Shown here piece after piece: positions 18,491-28,431 of a stretch of DNA of 52,418 nucleotides (positions are counted from its first letter, which is position 1; each line of letters begins with the position of its first letter). The notes beneath the pieces are model-generated. The model did no database searches and was not told the DNA's origin. It saw nothing but the letters and a program-made list of their open reading frames with translations. The stretch is from a virus. Taxonomy: Duplodnaviria > Caudoviricetes. The stretch is from IMG/VR virus record IMGVR_UViG_3300031673_000067, positions 1 through 52,418 of that record, one strand, 5' to 3'. Position numbers and translations under genes: made by a program.

Positions 18491-20047
18491 TTAACCTCCT
18501 ACCGTAAAACTTAATTGAAATGTGACAACAAAATCTCTTATTTGAGTAACAATTGGCAGCTTGCCAGAACTCGTAACTTTGCCATTTGCATAATCTAATG
18601 TAAGCGTTAGATTGTCAAGAAAATAATTTGTAGCATCTGTCCCGGCTTGAGTAAGTACAAAATCTTGACCTGACAGGCGAGTATAAATAGCAAGATACTG
18701 TGCTTCAATAGATTTTCTATTTTGGATTAGTCTGCCATCAACTAAACTTCCTTCTGTTAATCTGCTTTGGGAATTATTTGCTTTTAATGTGGCAAAAAAT
18801 ATTTCAAGTGCAAGATAACCAGTTCTTACATAGTTGAGGTATTTAAACGACGGATCAGGATTACCAAGCGTGTCAAACTTATAGGTTGTTACAACCTCTC
18901 CCATAATTGCCGAGGTTTTGCTGCTATTAACACCTACTATTGTGTAACCATCATTTTTTAGATTTACCTGTTCCTGCCCCGTGAATAACAAATTAGGATC
19001 AGCTATATCGGTTAATGCCAGTGGTGTGTTGTAATATGCCAGAGAAGCAAGACCTGCATTACCTACAACATCTCTCGGAGCTGACGTAGTGACATATTGC
19101 GCAATTGGCACTCCGTCTGTCTGTCTCATAGCCTCTATTGCGATAAACTCAGCTGCTCTCCAATCAGGAGGTGTTACTTTAACAGCCTCGCCTGTAATTT
19201 CACGGTTACCCATAAATATTAAATCGTAACTGTTTAAGGGTATGCCGCCGTTTACCTTAGTACTTATATTAGCCTCTGTGTCATCATATCCGATAAATCC
19301 TACTCCGTGTAAAAACTCATTGTTAATCACGTTTCTTGCTTCCAAGAAATCCTCTAGCTCTGAAAAATCATTTTCCCATGGCCAGCTTATCGCATGAAAT
19401 CTGATTGATGTTACATTGTCAAATATGGTTGTGGTTACCGGATCATTAGTGCCTCCGCTAAACTGTCCTGCTGTGACTGTAAGACCTGCAACCTCAGTAA
19501 TACATTTTACGGTAAATTTGTTTGGGATAGTTCCACCGTCTGTGGCTGTCAACGGCAATGTGGCAACTGCTACTGCTCCGGACGTTGCCGGTATTCCTAC
19601 AAGTGCATCATAGGCTGTTTTAATGTTTGCCGCTACTGTTGCCGCTGCATCCGTATTTGTTACACTTACATTAAATGTGTATTCGTCTGCATCAATGGCT
19701 TTAAATGTCAATATCCCATCTTCTGTGGCTGCTCCTGTTACTACTATATCAAGTGTGGCATTTGTAGCAGTGCCAGATTCATCAAGCGCTATAACCCCTA
19801 TAGCACTTCTGCCAAGTATTACCGCCCGTGCTTTTTTTATCCTGCCTGTAAGTTCACTAGCCGATCCAAACAATGTTTCAATTTGTGTATTAGTCAGGCT
19901 CTCAACATCTGCATAATACTGCCCGGATGTCGCTGTGCCGCCTGTTCCTATCTGTCCTACTAATAAAATTCTCCATGGTTCAGCCCCGACCACACCAGCT
20001 GCTGCTAGTAGTTGTGCTGTAACTCGTGGTAATGATGTAACACTCAT
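18491..20047 (-). CDS. Tail sheath protein (Mu gpL-like)
   Basis: ILLVGQ, LFGSASEL, VVTTYKFDTLGNPDPSFKYLNYVRT. Confidence 0.9.
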   Translation of the reverse strand: MSVTSLPRVTAQLLAAAGVVGAEPWRILLVGQIGTGGTATSGQYYADVESLTNTQIETLFGSASELTGRIKKARAVILGRSAIGVIALDESGTATNATLDIVVTGAATEDGILTFKAIDADEYTFNVSVTNTDAAATVAANIKTAYDALVGIPATSGAVAVATLPLTATDGGTIPNKFTVKCITEVAGLTVTAGQFSGGTNDPVTTTIFDNVTSIRFHAISWPWENDFSELEDFLEARNVINNEFLHGVGFIGYDDTEANISTKVNGGIPLNSYDLIFMGNREITGEAVKVTPPDWRAAEFIAIEAMRQTDGVPIAQYVTTSAPRDVVGNAGLASLAYYNTPLALTDIADPNLLFTGQEQVNLKNDGYTIVGVNSSKTSAIMGEVVTTYKFDTLGNPDPSFKYLNYVRTGYLALEIFFATLKANNSQSRLTEGSLVDGRLIQNRKSIEAQYLAIYTRLSGQDFVLTQAGTDATNYFLDNLTLTLDYANGKVTSSGKLPIVTQIRDFVVTFQLSFTVGG

Positions 20048-20277
20048 TAGTTATCTCCTTTCTTTTCGTCTTTTTTATGTTCAACTGACTTATTGTCATA
20101 TGACTTGCTGTCAATTGCTTTATTCTCATAACTTGTTTTATCCATCTTTTTTTCAGTTTTTTCTAAAGGTTTAAGGCATCCACCCTCCTGTATTTTTCGT
20201 CTAATATACAGGTCTTTGTCATCAACTATTTGCCCCACCTTTAAACTGCCAGTTTTTTTAATAACTTCATATTTCAT
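20047..20277 (-). CDS. Small protein preceding the sheath (Mu gp38/DUF2635-like position)
   Basis: YIRRKIQEGGCL motif and synteny. Confidence 0.55.
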   Translation of the reverse strand: MKYEVIKKTGSLKVGQIVDDKDLYIRRKIQEGGCLKPLEKTEKKMDKTSYENKAIDSKSYDNKSVEHKKDEKKGDN

Positions 20278-20278
20278 T

Positions 20279-21343
20279 TTATCCCTCCAGATTCATATAA
20301 CTTCCATCTTGTAATTCTGCAAAACTTATTTCAACACGTCTCCATGCACGTGATTGACTTCCCCATGTTCTAAACGTATCTGTTTGGTCAACTTCAAACG
20401 GCTGCTCAAAATCATAACCATGCCCATAATAAGCCCGATTATACCTAACACTGCCATGACTAATCATATTAGCCAGGTATTGTGTCGCTTCCTCAGCTGC
20501 AAAAGTTTCTCCTGATAATGCCTTTAGCATAGCTGTGTATATTTCATCATAACATATATTCACAGCATCTTTAGCGCTTATTTGTCCTGTCACCGGTATT
20601 ATAACAACTATAGAAAACCTTCCCAGATTTAATATTCTCTGGTCTGTTTGTGCTGTGTCTGCTCGAATTGCATCATTAAATAGATTTCTGTCTTTACTCG
20701 CCGTTACGTCTTCCATGATCACATATAACCAGAAATTTAAAGGCGCATTTTTTGTGTATATTTCCTCTAACCGTTTTATGTCGTCAACAATACCCATTCT
20801 AAAATTGCTAATTACATTTATTTGTGGCAATGATAATATATCAAACTCCGGTTTCCCTGTAAGCAATATATCATATGTATTTGTTGTCGCTGAATCTATT
20901 ACAAATGTTTCATTTAACCCCATGCTCCAATTTTCTCTCAATACTTCATTGCCATTCAAAATAGGTAGTGTGTCATTAAGTATTTCAAACGTATCGTTGC
21001 TTGGGACTCCTGACAACTCAAAACATACATTAAACGAAGTGTCTGTAAATCCTCTTAACTCTACTGTCGAAAAATCTACTGTTAAATCATGAGGCGCATT
21101 CGTTGTAAATGTTAATATACCGCTATCAAGACTGACAGAGTTTATTCCGTTATCAATCAAAGCTCCTGCGAATAATACAGATTGCCCGGCTTGTTTTCCG
21201 TGATTATTCTGTGTTACTCTTAATATTTGTGGTGTACCAGCTACAATCTCGGCACTTACTGGAGTTTCGTCCGTAAATGAATTTATAAATTGTGGCAACC
21301 ATCTTTTTAGATGTAACAATATATTTTTAGGCGCGTAGGTCAT
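20279..21343 (-). CDS. Neck/tail terminator protein with inserted beta-rich domains
   Basis: Position between the gp10-like gene and the sheath; internal T..H.L..-type beta inserts. Confidence 0.6.
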   Translation of the reverse strand: MTYAPKNILLHLKRWLPQFINSFTDETPVSAEIVAGTPQILRVTQNNHGKQAGQSVLFAGALIDNGINSVSLDSGILTFTTNAPHDLTVDFSTVELRGFTDTSFNVCFELSGVPSNDTFEILNDTLPILNGNEVLRENWSMGLNETFVIDSATTNTYDILLTGKPEFDILSLPQINVISNFRMGIVDDIKRLEEIYTKNAPLNFWLYVIMEDVTASKDRNLFNDAIRADTAQTDQRILNLGRFSIVVIIPVTGQISAKDAVNICYDEIYTAMLKALSGETFAAEEATQYLANMISHGSVRYNRAYYGHGYDFEQPFEVDQTDTFRTWGSQSRAWRRVEISFAELQDGSYMNLEG

Positions 21344-21740
21344 TTAACATCCTATATAGTTTATAGCTATTTTCTACGTTTGTTTTTTCAAAATATGATC
21401 TTGGTTTCATTCTTACAGTTCCTTCCTCAAGAAAAAATGCATAATTTAGACCACTATAAATTATCAATTCAATTTGTCTAGTTTTATATTTAAAACTTCC
21501 TGCTAGTCTCCCGCCACGGTTTGCTGGTGGTTCTCCTGGTGCACTTGCTATATGCTCTGCTCCCCTAAATCTATATACCCTGCCTGTTCTTGATCCAGTT
21601 GTGATTGTTTCAAACAACTTTCCCTTGACATCCTTTCCATATTCTGCAAAAGCATTTCGTATATTCAAATCGTGTATTTGTTTTAGTTTTCCAAACTGTA
21701 TTTCATCAATAAATCGTTTGCCTCTTACTACTTTTATCAT
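21327..21740 (-). CDS. HK97 gp10-like neck protein
   Basis: HIASAPGEPPANRGGRL, YAFFLEEGTVRMKPR; likely start 21740 (ATGA overlap). Confidence 0.85.
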   Translation of the reverse strand: MIKVVRGKRFIDEIQFGKLKQIHDLNIRNAFAEYGKDVKGKLFETITTGSRTGRVYRFRGAEHIASAPGEPPANRGGRLAGSFKYKTRQIELIIYSGLNYAFFLEEGTVRMKPRSYFEKTNVENSYKLYRMLNDLRA

Positions 21741-22159
21741 CCCTCTGCCGCCACTAAATCTGTAAATCCTGTTTCCATACAATAAAACGCTAAATATTGT
21801 TCATTATATTCAATCATGCTTAATGGTTTATAATATTTATTCCTTGTACTCTCTACCTCTATAAATATAGTATTTTTATCCAGTTCATACACTTCCTGCT
21901 CATATGGAATATATATAATGTGTGTTACATTATCACCAATCACAATTCCATCAAATCGTTGTACTGGATTTCTATCCTCCAAATATCCCATATAATTAGC
22001 TATGTTTGTAAATGTATGACTGATGTCAGTTTCGTCAACTCCAGACCCTTGCTGGACTCGTGATTTTATCATAATATAATCTGTCATAGTACCAGCGCAT
22101 AATATTGTCCTGCTAAATATAGTTTTTGTACATCTAGTCATAACAACACCCTTCGTCAA
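21737..22159 (-). CDS. Head closure protein
   Basis: Synteny after the head-tail adaptor; VTHIIYIPY; start may be 22141. Confidence 0.65.
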   Translation of the reverse strand: MTKGVVMTRCTKTIFSRTILCAGTMTDYIMIKSRVQQGSGVDETDISHTFTNIANYMGYLEDRNPVQRFDGIVIGDNVTHIIYIPYEQEVYELDKNTIFIEVESTRNKYYKPLSMIEYNEQYLAFYCMETGFTDLVAAEG

Positions 22160-22862
22160 TTGAGTTGTATTCTGTTCCGATTATAGTGTTTGCTATGCTT
22201 AATTGATCCAGCATCCCTTTAACATCACATGGCACTGGAAATCCGTTCAATTTACATGCGCTTTCGCAATCGCCTCTGTTTGTATAATGATAAGCTACTA
22301 TTTTTTTAATAGCTGTTTTGAATACCGAGGGTATTTTATATGCTGTTTCTAGTTCAGTTGGTTCATACCCTGCGTTAAATGTGATCCTTATCTTATATGC
22401 ATTGCATCGGTCTTCATAAGGCACGCATTCTCGAAACCTTACACTAGCCCATGCTCTTTGTTCTATTTTTTCAGATGTTTTTACATACAATCCATCAATT
22501 GTCATTGATCCCCTGTCAAACTCATTCCATATATCATCAGCTAGATACTCAATTTTAGTCACATCTGTAATATCAATTATGGGTGATCTTTGCAGTTCTA
22601 GCCTAAGATTACCATTTATAAAAGACCCAAAATATCCATTTGGTAGACTATAATAAGCCTCAAATGTTTTTCTTCTTAAACTAATCCAGGTATATCTCTC
22701 GATAATTTCTGTAACTGTTATTATTAAATTTTGGATAAGATCATTTTGCATAATAATAGCAGAAGGGGAAAGATTTAACCATTGCCCACACTCCTGAACT
22801 GAGACAATAAGCTCATTGCTAACGGAGATTATTTTTGTTATGTTTGGACTAATGCTATACAT
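22134..22862 (-). CDS. Head-tail adaptor (HK97 gp6/phiE125 gp8-like)
   Basis: LQRSPI, IRITFNAGY, IPSVFKTAIKKIVAYHYTNRGD. Confidence 0.85.
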   Translation of the reverse strand: MYSISPNITKIISVSNELIVSVQECGQWLNLSPSAIIMQNDLIQNLIITVTEIIERYTWISLRRKTFEAYYSLPNGYFGSFINGNLRLELQRSPIIDITDVTKIEYLADDIWNEFDRGSMTIDGLYVKTSEKIEQRAWASVRFRECVPYEDRCNAYKIRITFNAGYEPTELETAYKIPSVFKTAIKKIVAYHYTNRGDCESACKLNGFPVPCDVKGMLDQLSIANTIIGTEYNSIDEGCCYD

Positions 22863-22882
22863 ATTTCCCCTTCATTTTTTAA

Positions 22883-23098
22883 TTATTCTTTTTTGTCATC
22901 TGGTTTTTTTGAAGTTTCTTTTTTTACTTCCGCTCTCAGGTGCTGTCCTTCCACACAGAATTTACCAGCATCTAAAAAATACTGTGCTTGCTTATCTTCA
23001 ACATTATAAACCGTTTTTTTCTTAACGTCTTCATTAGTTACATCAATAACATCTTTTCCTATTCTGTATTTTCCATTATCTGTAAAATACCCTTTCAT
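22883..23098 (-). CDS. Small hypothetical head-region protein
   Basis: 71-aa ORF with GGAG RBS after the capsid genes. Confidence 0.65.
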   Translation of the reverse strand: MKGYFTDNGKYRIGKDVIDVTNEDVKKKTVYNVEDKQAQYFLDAGKFCVEGQHLRAEVKKETSKKPDDKKE

Positions 23099-23101
23099 TG
23101 A

Positions 23102-23593
23102 TTAACTCCTTTTCGGTGGTGTAGTATTCGCATCTCCTGTCACATCAGGACTGATTACATCAGAGTCTGCTAATACGGATGATTCTTTTACCATCGGTTT
23201 TGTTAATGAGTCTTGCAATAATCCATAGGCACTATCAAGTGCAATACTTACAGTCCCTGTTGTAACAATTTTCAGTCTAACATATCTTTCTTTTGCTACA
23301 CAGCCTGCATGTACGAGAAAACTTGCTGCTCCTGTCAGTGGGAAATCATCTGGATAATATAAATTTTCTTGTGTTTCAATATCTGCCCATGCATCGCTTA
23401 CGTTATTATCGCTTGACTCCTGCCAGGTTATGCTTGCTACCTCACCGGTTGTAATAGTTAATGCAATTATAGCTGTTAGGCTATTATAATATTGTGTATC
23501 AATACTAGCTCCGAAATTATCACCAGGGCCGGTTAAAGCCGCAGCTGCATAAACTAATACAGGTTTGCTATCACTAAATTTTTCTTGATTCAT
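23102..23593 (-). CDS. Putative capsid decoration protein
   Basis: GASIDTQYY, WQESSD, KERYVRLKIVT; directly after the major capsid gene. Confidence 0.65.
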   Translation of the reverse strand: MNQEKFSDSKPVLVYAAAALTGPGDNFGASIDTQYYNSLTAIIALTITTGEVASITWQESSDNNVSDAWADIETQENLYYPDDFPLTGAASFLVHAGCVAKERYVRLKIVTTGTVSIALDSAYGLLQDSLTKPMVKESSVLADSDVISPDVTGDANTTPPKRS

Positions 23594-23603
23594 ATTTTCC
23601 CCC

Positions 23604-24929
23604 TTATGCCTTTCTTTTCATTCTGATACCGGCTTCTTTAATTTTTGGTTTTCCGACACACCACTTATTAAATGTAAATTCCACAATGCCTTCTAGCTTC
23701 CTGGAATATTCATCCCTAATTATAGTCATTTCTGTCCTATCAACAATTTGATAAAACCTAAACATATCAGCAAGTAAAATAGGATATCCGCCTGATACAT
23801 CGGGGTCGTCAAATTCAATAAAAGCGCTTGAATACCTAATACCATTAATTGTAGCTGCCGGCCCGGCAGCTCCATCTCCAAACGGACCGTTCCAAATAAA
23901 TCTTCCTGCACCGTCTTCTAATAATCTTAAATATGCCAATGTTCTTCTATTAAACATAAAAAGTGCATTATACCCTGATTTTAATTCTCCCATTATTCTA
24001 ATAAGGTCTGAAAATTCTAATGTCGTTGTAAGTGTTTCATACTGAGGCACATTTGGATCGACTGTAAATCCTAGTCCTTCTTCTACACCAGAACCATTAA
24101 AAAATTCTTGAGCTTCTTTTACTGCAAACGCCTCGGAATTATCAATCATTAGCTCATTTGCCAAATTGTAATTATTAAATAACAGTTCATCCGTAGTTAT
24201 CGGGGTAGTGTTTGTTAATCTTACTGGTGTGTAATCATCCATTGCATGTGTTGAGGTTGATTTTCCTCCAGTTCTGGCTTCTCCTGGCCTTGTTGCTACT
24301 GGAATCCCTACTCTTGCTGCTTCTTTGTAGATTTTTGATCCTGTTGTTTTAATTCTTGCATATTGTCTTAGAGGTGAGTACTCAATCATATTTTTATTAA
24401 GTTCGTTTGAATATTCTGGAGCACATAAATATCCTCCCAACTCTCCAATATCTGAACGTAACAAATCAGGGGTTGCTTTTATATTCTGTACAATTTGATT
24501 CATTTTCTCGCCGCCATCTACAAATTGATATTCAAATTTTGCAATGCTATTTATTACATTTTGTGCCTTTACAATATTCTCATCTTTGGCAATAAATTTA
24601 GTCCATTGATTTTTTAACATTGCGTTCATTACATCTTCTGTGTCTTTAATGCTTGGTTGATGTGGTGTCACATTAGCTGTGCTGGCAATAGTTTCAAGAT
24701 GTTGAATTCTATTTTTTAATTCTTCATTCTTTTTTTCTTCCTCTGCCAGTTTAGCTACTATTTCTTCGTTTTTTTCATCAAGGGTTTTCATTTTCACATC
24801 TGATTCATCAACATATCTTTTATATTCTGCTGAATCAACCCCATATTTTTTAGCAAGTTCTCTTGTTTTTGTAACAATCTCATTCATTGATTGTTTGTCG
24901 TCTTCTGTAAATTTAATTTCCTCAGACAT
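23604..24929 (-). CDS. Major capsid protein, HK97 fold with coiled-coil delta domain
   Basis: GGYLCAPEY, EFFNGSG, LRLLEDGAGRFIW, ADMFRFYQIVDR. Confidence 0.95.
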   Translation of the reverse strand: MSEEIKFTEDDKQSMNEIVTKTRELAKKYGVDSAEYKRYVDESDVKMKTLDEKNEEIVAKLAEEEKKNEELKNRIQHLETIASTANVTPHQPSIKDTEDVMNAMLKNQWTKFIAKDENIVKAQNVINSIAKFEYQFVDGGEKMNQIVQNIKATPDLLRSDIGELGGYLCAPEYSNELNKNMIEYSPLRQYARIKTTGSKIYKEAARVGIPVATRPGEARTGGKSTSTHAMDDYTPVRLTNTTPITTDELLFNNYNLANELMIDNSEAFAVKEAQEFFNGSGVEEGLGFTVDPNVPQYETLTTTLEFSDLIRIMGELKSGYNALFMFNRRTLAYLRLLEDGAGRFIWNGPFGDGAAGPAATINGIRYSSAFIEFDDPDVSGGYPILLADMFRFYQIVDRTEMTIIRDEYSRKLEGIVEFTFNKWCVGKPKIKEAGIRMKRKA

Positions 24930-24941
24930 TATATTCTCCTT

Positions 24942-26093
24942 TCATTTTATCCCATCTAATATATTATTTAATTCTTTTAATTCATCAGACATATTATTTT
25001 CTTTGACCGCCTCATCATTCTTTCCGTGAACAATCCGATCAATAATATATTTTTCCGCTGAATTACTAAGAATAATATCATTATCTTTTTGAAATAATTT
25101 TTCATAGTCTCTTTTTTCAAATGCTTTTATTGTGTCTATATCAACAAATGTTTTATCATTTTTAAATGGTGGTTCTCTGTCCATTTTTTCATAATATTTG
25201 TTCAATTGTGATTTTATCTTTGATTTATCCGCATCTGGTATATTAACTCCGCCTCTTGCACCGCTTAATGCTGCTGCTATAGCAAATATAGCTTTGGGTA
25301 CTGCTTTTATTTTTCCACCTTCTACATATACGTAAGGCAATTTGTATCCGCCGTAATTATCCTCTTCATCTGGATTAAAATACATAAACCCGTTTTTATA
25401 TGTGTTGCTTGGTTTTTCGCTTGAGTTTGTCTGCGTTTTAATTTGATTTACAGCTTTTCCTTTATCCCATTTTGTATCAACTGACATTAGATCATAGTTT
25501 TTATATGCTGGCACAGCTTTGCTTTCAATATCTTCACATATTCCAAGATTACTAGCAAATTCACATATATACTTATCCGTGCTTTTTCTTTCTGTTGATT
25601 TTATATATTTTCTTACTGAAAAAATACAGGCTTTTTCATTCATTGGAAATGTAACAAAACTTGATTCTTCTATGGTTCCTTTAATCAAATCTCTACATTT
25701 GTCTTGTGTGTTATAATATTCTTCAATAGTACAATATCCAATCGAAGCTCCCTGTATAGACCCAACTTTTACCTGTGGCAATACCCTTCCTGTTACAAAT
25801 GTATCATCAGTTGGTAATTTTGCTTCAAACATTAGCCCTTGCTCTGTGTCAGTATAAAAATTAACTCCCACCGGTTCTGTAGTCCTATGTTGCCATAACG
25901 CCGGTCGTTGGTTACCTCGTTTTTTTAAATCGTCTGTAAAAAATCCTGGTTTTACTCTGTCTTTTCCCAAATCTATATTATTATAAAATGAGGCATAACC
26001 GCTAATATATGCGTATTCATCACCCATATCATCAGTTTTCTTTTCTATAGCTTTTATCTGTAATGGGATTAACATATAATCTTTTTCGTTCAT
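24942..26093 (-). CDS. HK97-family prohead protease with C-terminal extension
   Basis: ISGYASFYNNIDLGKD, LWQH, GASIGY, ESSFVTFPMN; extra domain YKLPY...GARGGVNIP. Confidence 0.92.
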   Translation of the reverse strand: MNEKDYMLIPLQIKAIEKKTDDMGDEYAYISGYASFYNNIDLGKDRVKPGFFTDDLKKRGNQRPALWQHRTTEPVGVNFYTDTEQGLMFEAKLPTDDTFVTGRVLPQVKVGSIQGASIGYCTIEEYYNTQDKCRDLIKGTIEESSFVTFPMNEKACIFSVRKYIKSTERKSTDKYICEFASNLGICEDIESKAVPAYKNYDLMSVDTKWDKGKAVNQIKTQTNSSEKPSNTYKNGFMYFNPDEEDNYGGYKLPYVYVEGGKIKAVPKAIFAIAAALSGARGGVNIPDADKSKIKSQLNKYYEKMDREPPFKNDKTFVDIDTIKAFEKRDYEKLFQKDNDIILSNSAEKYIIDRIVHGKNDEAVKENNMSDELKELNNILDGIK

Positions 26094-26111
26094 GTTTAAA
26101 CTCCTTTTTAT

Positions 26112-26141
26112 ATTCTAAGCTATTTGTCAACAACCTGTCAA
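26112..26141 (-). promoter_or_regulatory. Candidate sigma70-type promoter for protease/capsid genes
   Basis: TTGACA-N18-TAGAAT with a second TTGACA inside the spacer. Confidence 0.45.
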
Positions 26142-26148
26142 TAACTTT

Positions 26149-27009
26149 CTACAAATACACTGAAAGACATCTGCAATTAACTACATTTCCAATACTTGCA
26201 CCAAGACTCATATCTCCGGGATATTTTAATAGTTGTCCTGATACTATAAATGGTTCTGTGATTCCTACCTGTTGCCCGTTTGCAGCCTGGTGGTTAAATG
26301 GGTTTACCCTAACCTTACTATCGCCCATTGTTTCCCATTCTTTTTTTGCTGTTGCTATTAATGCAAACAATACAGCAGCTTCCTCAACACCTATTAGTTG
26401 TCTGACCTTATATGCGGTGTAGCTTGGTTTTTCCTGATATATCTCACTTATCTTTGCAATGTCATTTTCTGCAATTGCCGTTTCTAATTCTTTCAAACTT
26501 GCTAACGCTAAGATGTTTCTTATCCCCTCTGCATTTTCCTGAGTTTCTGTGTTGCTAATAGTTCCAACTCGGCGTTTGCTTTTTCGTATAAATATCTTAC
26601 TTGCTATAAGCAATAATGTTTCCTGGGTGTAATCTGTTATGCCCTCATCTTGTAATGATTGCCTTGCCAACTCAATTGATTGTCCAATTTCTTTCCTTGT
26701 AGTATCATCAATTTCATCCGCCTGTATATCTGCCTTATTCGCAATAAAATCTATAACCTCTTGAGGAATATCCTGTTTGATTTGTTTTCCTGTTAAAGTT
26801 CTTACTATTCTTAAATAATGCTTTTGCAATACAGGTGTGATTGTATCTATATCTTTCCCAGCTCTCACTTTGCGTTTTTGTTCAGCAAAATATTTCTTAA
26901 GATCAACAATCATTGTTTTCTCTAACCCCATCTTAAGATTGAAAACTTTATTTCTTTGCTTTTTTACAAACTCACGTTCAGTCATTTTCATCTTCCAAAT
27001 TTGATTCAC
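26149..27009 (-). CDS. Minor head protein (Mu gpF/SPP1 gp7-like)
   Basis: KKEWETMGDSKVR, HQAANGQ, PFIVSG, YPGD, VVNCRC. Confidence 0.88.
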   Translation of the reverse strand: MNQIWKMKMTEREFVKKQRNKVFNLKMGLEKTMIVDLKKYFAEQKRKVRAGKDIDTITPVLQKHYLRIVRTLTGKQIKQDIPQEVIDFIANKADIQADEIDDTTRKEIGQSIELARQSLQDEGITDYTQETLLLIASKIFIRKSKRRVGTISNTETQENAEGIRNILALASLKELETAIAENDIAKISEIYQEKPSYTAYKVRQLIGVEEAAVLFALIATAKKEWETMGDSKVRVNPFNHQAANGQQVGITEPFIVSGQLLKYPGDMSLGASIGNVVNCRCLSVYL

Positions 27010-28261
27010 GTCTTATAATATCGTCAGTGTAATCATCATCCCCGGCAGGTATCCAGTTTGCAGGTTTATATATTTGATTACCTTCATCGCCTATACTTTC
27101 ATATCCAGTCTCACTTCGTATTTCGTCTTCACTAAATGCAAATACATCACGCATTTTTTTAGCTCGTTCGAATAATCTTTCTTTTAGTGCTGGCAGTTCT
27201 TTTTCATTTATTACAAGTTCGTATCTGTCTCCATCTTTGTATCTACCAAGAATAAAATTACCCAACTGTTTATACAAAAATTTTGCTCTTGGTAATACTG
27301 CCAGGTCATAAAATGCCGCAATGGAATTTTGATAATTGTTCATAGTCATAGTTTTCATTGCTACCAATGGCAATGGAATTTGATAAACATTATAAATCTC
27401 TGATCTATTATTCTCAATAAGATTTATAAAATCCATATCTCTCGGGGATATTATAAGATTATCATATTTTATAGGCGCATTAGTTACAATATTCCTGCCG
27501 CTTTGTGCTGCGCCTTCCATGTCTTTTATCGAGTTTTTAAATGCTTCATACCCTTCCTGTCCTAACGGTTCAGTCGGTGAATACAAACCACTCGGTCGAG
27601 AACCTCTTTTTAGCATTGAAGTGTTGCTTATAAGCCCATAGTATTTACTCATTGCCTGATAATAAATCATACTGATAGGACTCTGTCCTCTTATGTTATC
27701 ACGCCGTGATTTGTTTAATATCTGTGTTGTCTCTTTTAATTTGTTTAATGTCTGATATACCCAAATTTTCCGCTTCTGAATTGTTTGTCTGTAAAATGTA
27801 TCCTGGTCATACTCTGCGTTCATTCTTATTTCACCAAGCCACCCATCATTGGCTCTCAGAAGATTTGTATAATTGCTTGGTATTACATATAGTCCAAACG
27901 GCTCATAGTCAACATTCCCTTCAAGTATCGGATAACATTCTCCAGTAACAAGAAAAGATGTCATAAGTTCAAATTGAAACCTGTCAGATGACATTTTAAA
28001 CCCTGGGTTATTTATGAGATTATTTACTGGATGGTCATCTATATAGTCATTGGTTATTTTGTCTTTTAGTACCGGAGTTAATTGCTCAAATGCCCATGAT
28101 ATTCTATTAACCGCATCACCTACCGTGTCGGATACTTCCCATATCCAATATGCTAAAGATGGGTTCAGTGCTGCTGACTCATTAAATATACCTGATATTT
28201 GCGAAGCTACATACTGAGAAATGCCTTTTGTTTCTATTTGTGTTCCGGCTTTTATTTCCAT
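26978..28261 (-). CDS. Portal protein (HK97 family)
   Basis: DHPVNNLINNP, RGQSPI, GSRPSG, SPRDMDFI, EIYNVYQIP, EIRSETGY. Confidence 0.93.
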   Translation of the reverse strand: MEIKAGTQIETKGISQYVASQISGIFNESAALNPSLAYWIWEVSDTVGDAVNRISWAFEQLTPVLKDKITNDYIDDHPVNNLINNPGFKMSSDRFQFELMTSFLVTGECYPILEGNVDYEPFGLYVIPSNYTNLLRANDGWLGEIRMNAEYDQDTFYRQTIQKRKIWVYQTLNKLKETTQILNKSRRDNIRGQSPISMIYYQAMSKYYGLISNTSMLKRGSRPSGLYSPTEPLGQEGYEAFKNSIKDMEGAAQSGRNIVTNAPIKYDNLIISPRDMDFINLIENNRSEIYNVYQIPLPLVAMKTMTMNNYQNSIAAFYDLAVLPRAKFLYKQLGNFILGRYKDGDRYELVINEKELPALKERLFERAKKMRDVFAFSEDEIRSETGYESIGDEGNQIYKPANWIPAGDDDYTDDIIRRESNLEDEND

Positions 28262-28431
28262 GTTATACCCATGTCTTTATAATTTGTTACGCAAATTTTT
28301 TCATTAGTATTTTTATTAATTTCTTCCTCAAGTTTTTTTATATCTTTAATGCCTTTTATTTTTTTGTATGTCAACTCACAATTGCCACACCCATTATAAT
28401 ACTGATAAAAAACTATATATTTATGTCTCAT
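28252..28431 (-). CDS. 59-aa hypothetical protein
   Basis: Manual translation MRHKYIVFYQYYNGCGNCELTYKKIKGIKDIKKLEEEI...; fills the gap and overlaps both neighbours. Confidence 0.6.
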   Translation of the reverse strand: MRHKYIVFYQYYNGCGNCELTYKKIKGIKDIKKLEEEINKNTNEKICVTNYKDMGITWK

